Of a stretch of DNA of 64,000 nt, positions 29,080 to 38,163 are shown one piece after another. The notes under the pieces were generated by a model. The model ran no database searches. It saw only the letters and a list, made by a program, of their open reading frames with translations, and was not told the DNA's origin. The stretch is from the NCBI GenBank assembly GCA_963778655.1, contig CAVZVA010000010.1, positions 1-64,000 of the forward strand, read 5' to 3'. How positions within the stretch are numbered: the stretch's first letter is position 1; the number at the start of each line of letters is the position of its first letter. Source of the stretch: an uncultured delta proteobacterium (lineage in GTDB: Bacteria > Myxococcota_A > Polyangia > Polyangiales > JAFGIB01). The position numbers were made by a program, and so were the translations under genes.

Positions 29080-30542
29080 GGCTTCAACCATGGGTAGTGT
29101 CCCCGTTGCAGGTCCTTGCCCCAGCTGTCCTTGCTCAGCCCGAAGTAGCCGGTCAGCAGCTGCGTCAGGTTGCCGGGTGCCTCCCCGGCGACGATGCGCT
29201 GGGCGACGTCCTTGTGGCCCGCGTAGCGCTCGGTTTCGCTGCGGAAGATCCACTCGCACGGCTCGGAGCAGAAGATGCGTTTGCGCCCGTCGTGGATCAG
29301 AGTGCGGGCGCTGTTGTGCTGCGGCGTGCCGCCGCAGAGCACCAGCTGACACATACTGCAGAAGCCAACCGGCGTGGCGCCATGCGTGTGCCACTCCACG
29401 CCCGGGCCGGATTGCCGCCAGCGCGCGCTGACCTGTTCCCAGATCGGCTCGAACGCGGGCCAGCTCTCGGGGTACTTGCGCGCAAGCCAGGCGCGCTCCT
29501 GCGGACCGGGCAGCCCCAGGTCGAACCACACCGTCGCCCGATACGAATAGGCGCTCGCGTAGACCATGTGGTGGTAGCTGTCGACCGCCGCGAGAAACTG
29601 CTCCCAGTACCACGGCCGGCGCAAGCCCACGCGCGCCAGCGAGGCGTCGAACTGCTCGATCACCCATTCCTGCACGAATTCTTTGAACGAGCCGGACCGG
29701 TGCGCGAGCGGGGTGAGGTAATCCATGGCGAAGCCTGTGATGACTGCGAACAGCAGCCAGCTGCGCCAGAACCACTTGTCGACCAGGTACTGGGCACGCT
29801 CCGGATCGTGAGCCAACACGGTCTGCAGCACGGGCTCGCCGATCTGAGCGTGCCGGGCCTCGTCGGTCTGGATGCTCTGCACCAGCTTCTCGAACATGCG
29901 ATCGCCCGCGCGCCGGGCCATCGAGGACAGACCGACGAACTGCAGGTTGGTGAAGCCGGTCTCGAATACGAAATTGGTGCCGATGGCGAGCTCGATCGGG
30001 TCGGAGCCGAGCAGCAGCTCGCCGACGAAGTGGCGCGCAGCGACCGCAACCCACTGATCGGTGTGAAGCAGCTTGTGGGTCCAATCGAGCTGAGCATCCG
30101 CGCTGACCAGGTCGTGGAACGCGAGCAGCGGAAGCTGCGTGTGGCGGAGCTCGTCGAGCGCGCCCAACGTGGCGGTGGTGCGCCACGCGCTGTCGCGTCC
30201 GAAACGCGCCGCCCGCAGGTTGCCCATCACGGCGGCGAATTCCGCCAGCGGCAAGGTGGCCGCGTGCAGCTTCACCGCGCTGCGCCAGCCCGCGTCGAGC
30301 TCGACCAGATCCTCGACGCGGCCGACCGCTTCACGCACCGCGGCGACGGAGGCTTCCTTGGCGCTCTGGTTGTCGACGTACTCGGCGTAGGACGTGCGGT
30401 AGGGCTCGTCCCAAGCGGTCCACTCCGCCGCCGAAAGCCACGGCCGGCCGCTCATCGCTTCGGGGAACACCTCGCCCTCGGTGGCATAGGTGAAGTCCCA
30501 GTCGAGCTTGCGCGCAAGATCGAGCCATTCGTCGCGGTCCAT
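29076..30542 (-). CDS. Soluble di-iron monooxygenase hydroxylase alpha subunit (TmoA-like, C-terminal YHS-like region)
   Basis: R.EW.DLAR.LDW, WDEPY, di-iron ligands in LAEFAA, DELRH, FETGFTN and QTDEARH; C-terminal CSMCQL...FCSEPC.WIF. Confidence 0.93.
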   Translation of the reverse strand: MDRDEWLDLARKLDWDFTYATEGEVFPEAMSGRPWLSAAEWTAWDEPYRTSYAEYVDNQSAKEASVAAVREAVGRVEDLVELDAGWRSAVKLHAATLPLAEFAAVMGNLRAARFGRDSAWRTTATLGALDELRHTQLPLLAFHDLVSADAQLDWTHKLLHTDQWVAVAARHFVGELLLGSDPIELAIGTNFVFETGFTNLQFVGLSSMARRAGDRMFEKLVQSIQTDEARHAQIGEPVLQTVLAHDPERAQYLVDKWFWRSWLLFAVITGFAMDYLTPLAHRSGSFKEFVQEWVIEQFDASLARVGLRRPWYWEQFLAAVDSYHHMVYASAYSYRATVWFDLGLPGPQERAWLARKYPESWPAFEPIWEQVSARWRQSGPGVEWHTHGATPVGFCSMCQLVLCGGTPQHNSARTLIHDGRKRIFCSEPCEWIFRSETERYAGHKDVAQRIVAGEAPGNLTQLLTGYFGLSKDSWGKDLQRGHYPWLKP

Positions 30543-30675
30543 CACCGGCCCTGCCCCCTTCCCGTCGCGCCACGGGTCGTCAGGCGCGATGGACGAACGA
30601 GAATCGTAGGAAGCCGTCGCTGCGTTGGCAATAGCGCGCATCGCTGCGGAGGTCTCACGACAGCGCTCACATGGT

Positions 30676-30691
30676 AGCAGGCCCGCGGCCA
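30676..30691 (-). promoter_or_regulatory. Possible sigma-54 -24/-12 promoter for the monooxygenase operon
   Basis: TGGCCGCGGGCCTGCT has GG-N10-GC spacing about 135 bp upstream of the alpha subunit; imperfect match in GC-rich DNA. Confidence 0.3.
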
Positions 30692-30821
30692 TGCATGCAC
30701 AACACCGCTCGCAAGCGCGGCGCGCACGCCGCGAGCCGCGAACGCGATCAGAACCGCGGCTAGCTGATTTCGGTTAGGACACGCTGACCGTCGATGTGGT
30801 CGGGGTGCACTCGATGCCGCT

Positions 30822-32255
30822 TCATGCGGCCGGGATCGTGAAGCTCGCGCGCAGGCCGCAACCATGGCGGCTTTCGATCTCGACGCGGCCGTGATGCAGC
30901 GCGGCGATCTCCTTGACGAAGTTGAGGCCCAGGCCGGTGCTCCTGCGCCCGGTGTCGGGGCGCTCGAGCGAGTAGAAGCGCTCGAAGATGCGTGCCTTGG
31001 CGTACTCGGGAATGCCAGGCCCTTCGTCCTCGAACGAGATCCGCACCAGACCGGCCCCGCGCGCGCAGCACAGGCGGATGCAGCCCCGCTTCGGGCTGAA
31101 CTCGACCGCGTTCTTGAGCAGGTTCGAAAGCGCGAGGTGCAGCAGGAACGCGTCGCCCTGGACCTCCAGGTCCTCGGCCACCTCGAGCTCGGTACGCAAG
31201 GCCTTGTGCGCAAGCATGGGCTCCTGCGCCTCGAGCAAGGTGCGCAGGATCGGACCGAGCGCAACCTTGCCGCGCTCCGGCAACGCGCGTCGCACCTCGA
31301 GCTCGGAGAGCTCCAGCATGCGATCGACCAGGTCTTCGATGCGGCGGGTCTCGTCGTTGAGGTTGCGCAGGAAGCGCGCGCGTTCCCGCTCGTCGAGACT
31401 CGGGGTCTCGAGGATCTCCGCCGCGCCGCGGATCGCCGAGATCGGGCTCTTGATCTCGTGGGTCAGCGCGCGCACGTACTGTTCCACGTAGCTGTGGCCC
31501 GCGAGCGACGCGCGCATGCGCTCGAACGCGAGCCCCATCGTACGCAGCTCGGTGGGTGCGAGCTTGGGGAACTGCACGCGCTGGCCCTCTCGCACGTCGT
31601 CAGCATAGCGGGTGAGCCGGCCGACCTGCTGCGCGACCCACAGCGAGACCAGCAGCGCGAGCACGATGGCGGCCCCCGTGGCGAGCGCCGCCAGCGCGAG
31701 CAGGCGCGGCTTCACCGAGTGCAGGAAGGTCTTCACCGACGTCGTGGGCTTGACCACGGTCAGGACCCCGGCGAGCTTGCCGCCCACGAGGATCGGCGCC
31801 GCCACGTACAGGGCGTGCGGCAGCGACGGATCGGCGGCGCTGTGGCTCACGCGCGCGCCGTACTTGCCCGCGAGCGTCCGGTTGACATCGTGCCAGCGCG
31901 AGAAGTCGCGGCCCAGCGTGCCGGCGCCGCGGGAGTCGAACAGCACCGTACCCCGTGCGTCGGTCACGTAGACATCGAGATCGACGCTTTGCTTCGTGAT
32001 CTCGTAGATGCGTGCGTTCAGCTTGCGCGCCTCCACCCGCTTGAACAGCGCGTCGAGACGTTGCACGGGCAAGCGATCGTTTGCCGCGTCCTGCCCCACA
32101 ACCTCGGCCAGAATGTTGGCCGCGTCGACCAGCGGCTCCTCCGCGCTCTCCAAATACACGATGCGCAGCCGATCGACGATCACCGAGAGCGGGTACGCGA
32201 AGCATAGCGCCAGGGTCGCGACGTATGCGCCGAACAGCAGCATCCCGAGCCTCAT
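30822..32255 (-). CDS. creC: Sensor histidine kinase CreC
   Basis: EEPLVDAANILAE, LNARIYEITK..VDL.VYVTD..G.V.FDS, DFSRW.DV.RTL.G.YGAR, YVEQYV..LTHEIKSP. Confidence 0.9.
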   Translation of the reverse strand: MRLGMLLFGAYVATLALCFAYPLSVIVDRLRIVYLESAEEPLVDAANILAEVVGQDAANDRLPVQRLDALFKRVEARKLNARIYEITKQSVDLDVYVTDARGTVLFDSRGAGTLGRDFSRWHDVNRTLAGKYGARVSHSAADPSLPHALYVAAPILVGGKLAGVLTVVKPTTSVKTFLHSVKPRLLALAALATGAAIVLALLVSLWVAQQVGRLTRYADDVREGQRVQFPKLAPTELRTMGLAFERMRASLAGHSYVEQYVRALTHEIKSPISAIRGAAEILETPSLDERERARFLRNLNDETRRIEDLVDRMLELSELEVRRALPERGKVALGPILRTLLEAQEPMLAHKALRTELEVAEDLEVQGDAFLLHLALSNLLKNAVEFSPKRGCIRLCCARGAGLVRISFEDEGPGIPEYAKARIFERFYSLERPDTGRRSTGLGLNFVKEIAALHHGRVEIESRHGCGLRASFTIPAA

Positions 32256-32953
32256 AGATCCTCGCGCAGGGAGTAGCCGCTACCGCGGTGCGTCACGATC
32301 GGGTCGAGGTCGGGACGAATCGCGCGCAGCTTGGCGCGCAGGTTCTTGATGTGCGCGTCGACCGTGCGATCCAGGCTCTGTTCCGGCTGCTCCCACACCC
32401 GGGTCATGAGCTGTTCGCGCGTGAACACCTGTCCCGGACGCCCGATGAAGACCGTCAGGATGTCGTATTCGTACCTGGAGAGCGAAAGCGGCTCGCCGAA
32501 GTACTTGACCTGACGTTTCTCGTGGATGACCACGAGCGCTCCCTCCGGCTCCGGGCCCAGTGCCTGCTGCGGCGCTCGGGCCGGCCCTTGCGCGCGGCGC
32601 AGCACCGCCTTGACGCGCGCCGACAGCTCGCGCGGACTGAACGGCTTGACCACGTAGTCGTCGGCTCCGATCTCTAGCCCGAGCACGCGGTCCAGCTCCG
32701 CGTTGCGCGCGGTCAGCATGATGACGGGCGTGCGATGAAGCTTGCGGATCTCCTTGAGCAGGTCGAAGCCGCTGATGTCCGGCAGCCCGACGTCGAGCAC
32801 CACCAGGTCCACGCCGCGCCGCTCCAGCATATCGAGCACGTCGCCACCGGTCGCGAGCTGCAACGTGTCGAGACCTTCACTCTCGAGCGCGAAGCGAATG
32901 TTGTCTCGTATCGCCGGCTCGTCGTCGACGATGAGGACCGTGGGCTTGTTCAT
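32252..32953 (-). CDS. creB: OmpR-family response regulator CreB
   Basis: LDVGLPDISGF, GLEIGADDYV.KPFSPRE, LSRYEY, SLDRTVDAHIK.LRAKL, I.THRG.GYSL; overlaps creC. Confidence 0.9.
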   Translation of the reverse strand: MNKPTVLIVDDEPAIRDNIRFALESEGLDTLQLATGGDVLDMLERRGVDLVVLDVGLPDISGFDLLKEIRKLHRTPVIMLTARNAELDRVLGLEIGADDYVVKPFSPRELSARVKAVLRRAQGPARAPQQALGPEPEGALVVIHEKRQVKYFGEPLSLSRYEYDILTVFIGRPGQVFTREQLMTRVWEQPEQSLDRTVDAHIKNLRAKLRAIRPDLDPIVTHRGSGYSLREDL

Positions 32954-32968
32954 CTGTCGCACCGAAAG

Positions 32969-33733
32969 CTAGTCGGGCACCCGCGCAGAGGATAGCCGAT
33001 TGCGCGCGCCTCGATACAGCCACCCGAGCACGGCGACGGCGCAAGCGAGCGAAGGTGTGAGCAGCGCGTGCTCCGCGAAGGCGCCCGGGTGCTGCAGCCA
33101 GGCGCCGTGGGCGAACGGCAAGAGCAACACCACGCCCAGGTACCACAGCAAGGGCGCGACTTTTGCGCGGGGCGACGAGGTCGAGGCGCAGGTGCAGCGC
33201 TGGATCAGCCCGCAGCTCGCAAACAGCGTGCTGCAATACAGCACCACGCCCAGCGCTCGATGCAGGCGCGCTCTGGTGAGCAGGCCGGCGTAGATGTCGG
33301 CGTCGTAGAGCTGCGCGGCCAGGGCGATGCGTAGCCCATTGGTCGCCAGCGTCGCGAGGTACGCCGCCAGCGCGCTCGCACACAGCCAGGCGAGCTTGCG
33401 GCGCGTCCCTGCGAAGCTCGCTTGAGCGCAGAAGTAGAACGCGAGCCAGGCCACCACCAGAAAGGTCACCCCTGCGCAAGGCGGTCCGACCACCATGCGG
33501 GGCGCGTGGCTGATGAAGCCGGCGCCGGGCTCGCGCACGAGCCGGAGCCCGCCGGCGTGGCCGGCCAGCCAACAGCTGGGCGCCAGCAGCCAGCCGAGCG
33601 CGTCGGCCCCAGCGCTGCTGCACGCGCGCTTGAGCGCGCAGGCGCACGCCAGCGCCAGGATCCCGACTGCGATGCCGGCGCGACCCGAGGCCCGCGGCAA
33701 GCGCGTGGCGTAAGCCCGGGCCACACGCGTCAT
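32969..33733 (-). CDS. Exosortase-family protein (XrtK-like)
   Basis: Multi-TM; W.LAP, E.G.GF, catalytic-type motifs PCAGVTF (Cys), NGLRI (Arg) and LHRALG (His); ATG overlaps the VIT-vWA stop. Confidence 0.8.
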   Translation of the reverse strand: MTRVARAYATRLPRASGRAGIAVGILALACACALKRACSSAGADALGWLLAPSCWLAGHAGGLRLVREPGAGFISHAPRMVVGPPCAGVTFLVVAWLAFYFCAQASFAGTRRKLAWLCASALAAYLATLATNGLRIALAAQLYDADIYAGLLTRARLHRALGVVLYCSTLFASCGLIQRCTCASTSSPRAKVAPLLWYLGVVLLLPFAHGAWLQHPGAFAEHALLTPSLACAVAVLGWLYRGARNRLSSARVPD

Positions 33734-35754
33734 GTCCGCCCTGCGCAAAGCTTGACCCTCCGGCGGCGCTCGGCCAGCAGCAGGAACGCGAGCACCGGCA
33801 CGAGCACCCAGAGCAGCTCCGGCTCGGCTCCCGATGCGTATTGCCCGCCGTCGCCGACCGCGAGATCCGACACGCCGAGCGGGAGCGGCAGCGGTTGGTC
33901 GACGTGGCTCGCAGGCTGCTTGCGGTTACGGATCTGCTCCAGCACGGCGATGAACGAGGTGTATTTCGTCAGCAGCGCGTAGCTGAGCCCGAGCGAGGTG
34001 ACCTCGCGGGCGACCTCGGCGTCGCTTCCGTCGACGTCGAAGTCCGACAGGCGTGCGATGCGGCTGCGCGCCCACAGCTGCGGAAGGGCCGCGTTCTCGG
34101 CTCGCGGGATGCTGTCGGCCACCGGAACGGTCGCCGCGAATGGGCCGGTGGCGGCGCGGCCGCGCACCTCGATCACCCCGGCGGGCTGACCGCGAAACTT
34201 GCCGAACACCAGGATCGGGCGCTGCGCGAACAGATCCGGCTGCTGTGGCGGCTCCACGCCGTATGCATCGAAGCCGTCGAAGCTCACCGACACCTCGGTC
34301 AGCAATGGCGACTCGATGTAGCGCCGGAAGCGCCGGGCGGTGGCGGCCGCCTGCTGCGGCTTGGTGACCACGAACGGCTCGCCCTGACCGGCGCGGGCAA
34401 GCCCTTCGATCAAGTAACGGTTGACACTCGAGCCGATGCCGAACGCGAACACGTTGGTGTCGTGCAGGTGCTGCGCGATCAGCTCGAACGCGCCGCGCTC
34501 CTGCGCGATGTAGCCGTCTGTGAGCACGACCACCGAGCGCGACACGTGCTGGCCCCGGGGCAGCGCGTAGACGCGGCGCAGCGCGCCTTCGAGCTCGGTA
34601 CCGCCGCCTCCGCGCTCGTGCGAGATCAGCTCGAGCGCGCGCGCCACGTTGGCCTCGGTCGCCGGCAACGAGCGCGGCGAGAGCGTGTATGCGTCGCCCG
34701 AGAACAGGACCACGTTGAAACTGTCGGTCGGCCGCAGATGCGAGATCAGGTCCTCGATCAAGGCCTTCGCGGTGTCGAGCGGAAAGCCGTACATCGAGCC
34801 CGATACGTCGAGCACGAACACGTATTCGCGCGGCGGGATTGCGGACTGCTCCACGCGCGCAGGCGGCTGCAGCATGAGCAAGAAGTGGTTCTCCCGCTCG
34901 CCCTGGTACAGCAAGAGGCCGCTCTCGATCTGCGCGCCGGACAGCCGATAGTCGAGAATGAAATCCCGATCGCCGCCGAAGCTCTTCGGATCGCGCAGGG
35001 AAACGTGCGCCAGGCTCGGGGCGTCCCAGGCGACGCTGACGTCGTGCGAGGGGCAGCGCAGGTCGGAAAGCGGCACGCCCGACGACAGGTTCACCCGGAT
35101 CGAGAAGCTGGTGGGCGGGACGTCGCCCTGGTGCAGGTAAGGGCTGTGCACGAAGGCGTCCGTGGCCGCCGCGTCGGCGGCGGGGCTGCTGGCGTAGCGC
35201 GGCCCGACCACGGTCGGATACACGAGCTGGTAGACTCCCTCCTCGGGAACCAGCAGCTCGCTGTAGCGCAACTCGACCTCCACACGGTCTCCCGGCATGA
35301 TGTTCGCCACCGACATGGTGAAGACATTCGGCCGCTCCTGCTCGAGCAAGGACGCGCTCTTGCCGGCGGCGGTGGCCTGGCGAAACGCCTGGGTCGCCTG
35401 GTCGCGGGGTTTGATCTTCGCGATCACGCGCTTGTCGCCGATGCGCAGCTGCAGGCCGTGCACGGCCGCGCGCGTCGAGGCCGGAAACACGTAGCGCGCA
35501 TTGATGGGAACGGTGCCGTCGTTGCGATAGGTCTGCTTGACGGTGACGTCCGCGATCACGCCGCTGACGTTCGCGACCACGTCCGTGGCCTCGAGCGGAA
35601 AGCGCTCGACCGCGTCGTGCGCCCCCTCGACGAAGAAATAGGGTGAAAGTGTGCGCTCCGGGTCTTGTGTCTGCCAGTCCTGCGCCTGCGCGCGCGCCGC
35701 GTTCCCGAAGATCCCTAAGAGGCCGAGCACAACCATAAAGCGTCCTGCGTTCAT
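33730..35754 (-). CDS. Secreted VIT + vWA domain protein with C-terminal PEP-CTERM-like sorting tail
   Basis: Signal peptide; VIT (VIADVTVKQTY.N, YVFP, LLEQERPNVF..SVANI.PG); MIDAS DVSGS, LTDG; tail GAEPE-LLWVLVPVLAFLLLA-ERRRR. Confidence 0.88.
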   Translation of the reverse strand: MNAGRFMVVLGLLGIFGNAARAQAQDWQTQDPERTLSPYFFVEGAHDAVERFPLEATDVVANVSGVIADVTVKQTYRNDGTVPINARYVFPASTRAAVHGLQLRIGDKRVIAKIKPRDQATQAFRQATAAGKSASLLEQERPNVFTMSVANIMPGDRVEVELRYSELLVPEEGVYQLVYPTVVGPRYASSPAADAAATDAFVHSPYLHQGDVPPTSFSIRVNLSSGVPLSDLRCPSHDVSVAWDAPSLAHVSLRDPKSFGGDRDFILDYRLSGAQIESGLLLYQGERENHFLLMLQPPARVEQSAIPPREYVFVLDVSGSMYGFPLDTAKALIEDLISHLRPTDSFNVVLFSGDAYTLSPRSLPATEANVARALELISHERGGGGTELEGALRRVYALPRGQHVSRSVVVLTDGYIAQERGAFELIAQHLHDTNVFAFGIGSSVNRYLIEGLARAGQGEPFVVTKPQQAAATARRFRRYIESPLLTEVSVSFDGFDAYGVEPPQQPDLFAQRPILVFGKFRGQPAGVIEVRGRAATGPFAATVPVADSIPRAENAALPQLWARSRIARLSDFDVDGSDAEVAREVTSLGLSYALLTKYTSFIAVLEQIRNRKQPASHVDQPLPLPLGVSDLAVGDGGQYASGAEPELLWVLVPVLAFLLLAERRRRVKLCAGRT

Positions 35755-35808
35755 GTCCCTGCGTCCTTGGTTTGAGCTTGGGTGCTTCAGCCAAGCTACG
35801 GGACGAGC

Positions 35809-35846
35809 ATGAAGCGCATGCGTGCGGTGGATGAAAAGCGCGTGAA
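35809..35846 (-). promoter_or_regulatory. cre-tag-like CreB binding site
   Basis: Minus strand TTCAC-gcgctt-TTCAT (35846-35831) plus a third TTCAT 22 bp further on (35813-35809), followed by a TAGCTT -10-like element; matches TTCAC-N6-TTCAC with one mismatch. Confidence 0.7.
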
Positions 35847-36171
35847 AGCGCCATCACCAGACGTCCTCGCGGACGCCCGGCGGGCGACGCCGGCCGATGC
35901 GCGACGTCGGCGGCAATTCTTTGGGCGCTATAGGTAAGTGCGCGAGACCGCGTCCGGGACCCAATTGGTCCGCGATCCGCAAGCAGCGAAGTGGCGATGC
36001 TCCCGGGTCGCGCGCGCCGCGCGCTCTGGCCAAGCGGCGCACGGCAAGGCATAGTACGCCGTACGGCTAACGCTGTACGGGTAACGGTGTCCAAGTAAGG
36101 GTGTCAAGGTAACGGCGCGCAACCGCAGATGCTCGGACGCGAGCCTGCGCTCATGCCGTGGAGGTCGCTCC

Positions 36172-38163
36172 ATGCGTCTGCAACGATTGATCCTTTTCGC
36201 CGTGCTCTATGCGCTCGCCGGCTGCGGCGCGGACACGGGCGGAAGCGACCGCACAGGAGGGGGCAACCCGTTCGGCAATGCGTCGGCAGCGAAGACGAGC
36301 AATTCCTCGGGTGCAATCCCCGGCGGCTCGACCACGCAGCTCATCCCGTCGGGCTCGAGTTCGCCGCAAGCAACGCCGAACGGCTCGAGCCCGGGCTCGA
36401 ACGCGCAACCCAAGATGCCTGTCTCGATCGACCAGACCGGCGCGGACAATCCAGCGGGCCTGAGCGCCCAGGACGTGGCGACGCTGATGGCGGGCGGGCC
36501 GACCGGCGCGCTGAGGCTGCTCTACCCGTACGACGGAACCGTGTTCCCTCGAGGCCTGCTCGCACCGCTGTTGATGTGGGACGGCGGCTCGCCGGACGCC
36601 GTATATGTGCACATCCAGGCACAGAGCTTCGAATACAAGGCCGTGCTCAAGCCGGACACCGACCCGACCACCGGCGCGCCGCAGCTTCAGATCCCGCAGG
36701 ACGTGTGGGTCAAAGCCGGCCAGCAGACCAACGGCAAGACCGACCCTTTCACGCTCGAGCTCACGGCGCGCGTCGGCGGCGCCGCAGCCGGACCGATCAC
36801 GCTTCACTTCGTCATCGCGCAAGCGACCGTCAAGGGCTCGATCTACTACAACAGCTACGCGTCGCAGCTTGCGGGCGCGGCCGTCGGCGGCAACGTGCTA
36901 CGCATCCCCGCTGGCGGCCAGGTCGAGCTGTTCAACTCGACCGAGTGCAATGGTTGCCACGCCGTATCCGCCGACGGTTCGACCATGTTGTCGCAGATCG
37001 ATCTCGTCAGCGGCGGCGAGTCGTATCAGCTCACCCCCGGCGGCGCCCCCAATCCGACCGGCAGCCCAGCCGGTGATCGCGTCTCGTTCGGCGCGCTCTA
37101 CCCCGACGGCTCGAAGTACCTCTCCACCTCCACCGCCGCGCCGGTCGGGCATGCAGACATCGCGCAGGCGCCGGGGACACCCGCGGACTCGGCGCTCTAC
37201 GACACTGCCACGGGTGAAGTAGTGCCGAACACCGGCGTGCCCACCGGCGCGATCATGCCGATGTTCTCTCCCGACGGCACGCGGCTTGCGTTCAACGACT
37301 TCGCAATCGACAGCGCGCACGGTCTGGCCGTGATGGACTACGACGTCCACACCGACAAGGCGATCAACTACCGGGCGCTGACCCACGAGGACGGCAACAT
37401 CCGGCCGGGCTGGCCGTTCTTTCTTCCGGACGACAGGGCGATCGTGTTCGTGCGCACAGACAGTGGGGACTTCTCCGGAAACGGGGCCTTCATCGGCGCG
37501 GGCATGTTCGCCCAGCTCGCGGGGCCATTCGCGTCTCTGGCCAGCGCACCCGTCGCTGGACCGTTCTCCGACCTGAACATCGTCGACGTCGAGAGCGGCA
37601 CGGTCACGGTGCTCGCCAAGGCCATGGGCTTCGATACGCCGGACGACGCAGCCAATGACAAGTCGTACCTGCCGTTCCCGGACGAGCTCCACCAGGCGTA
37701 CTTTCCGACCGTCGCGCCGATCGCAGCGGGCGGCTATTTCTGGCTGTTCTTCGACTCGATCCGGCACTACGGCAACCTGGGCATGCAGCGCCAGCTGTGG
37801 GGCGCCGCGATCGACATTGCGCCCGACGGCAACTACGCCTACGACCCGAGCCATCCCGCGTTCTACCTGCCGGGCCAGGAGTTCGGCGCCGGCAACCATC
37901 GCGCCTTCGCCGCTCTCGACCCTTGCAAACAAGACGGCGACTCGTGCACGAGCGGGATCGATTGCTGTGGCGGAACCTGCAGCTTGCCCGAGGACACGGG
38001 TGAATTCTCGGACCCGGTCGGTACCTGCGCACCGCCGAAGATGAACACCTGCGCCAAACGCGACGAGCGCTGCGCCACGACCGCGGACTGCTGCCCGCCC
38101 GCGCCCGGAGAGACCAGCAACGTCTGCATCGCGGGTTTCTGCGCGTTCATCTCCGTGAAGTGA
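36172..38163 (+). CDS. Lipoprotein with TolB/PD40-like beta-propeller, CxxCH motif and Cys-rich C-terminus
   Basis: Lipobox LAGC; LYPYDGTVFPRGL, GSIYY, CNGCH, MFSPDG, YFWL.F.S.R.YGN, SHPAFYLPGQ; two Cys-rich C-terminal modules. Confidence 0.75.
   Translation: MRLQRLILFAVLYALAGCGADTGGSDRTGGGNPFGNASAAKTSNSSGAIPGGSTTQLIPSGSSSPQATPNGSSPGSNAQPKMPVSIDQTGADNPAGLSAQDVATLMAGGPTGALRLLYPYDGTVFPRGLLAPLLMWDGGSPDAVYVHIQAQSFEYKAVLKPDTDPTTGAPQLQIPQDVWVKAGQQTNGKTDPFTLELTARVGGAAAGPITLHFVIAQATVKGSIYYNSYASQLAGAAVGGNVLRIPAGGQVELFNSTECNGCHAVSADGSTMLSQIDLVSGGESYQLTPGGAPNPTGSPAGDRVSFGALYPDGSKYLSTSTAAPVGHADIAQAPGTPADSALYDTATGEVVPNTGVPTGAIMPMFSPDGTRLAFNDFAIDSAHGLAVMDYDVHTDKAINYRALTHEDGNIRPGWPFFLPDDRAIVFVRTDSGDFSGNGAFIGAGMFAQLAGPFASLASAPVAGPFSDLNIVDVESGTVTVLAKAMGFDTPDDAANDKSYLPFPDELHQAYFPTVAPIAAGGYFWLFFDSIRHYGNLGMQRQLWGAAIDIAPDGNYAYDPSHPAFYLPGQEFGAGNHRAFAALDPCKQDGDSCTSGIDCCGGTCSLPEDTGEFSDPVGTCAPPKMNTCAKRDERCATTADCCPPAPGETSNVCIAGFCAFISVK

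Noticed and set aside
29076..30542. Soluble methane monooxygenase (mmoX) call
   Set aside because: Gene order with a Rieske ferredoxin and TmoB-like gamma subunit, and the alpha motifs, match four-component aromatic/alkene monooxygenases
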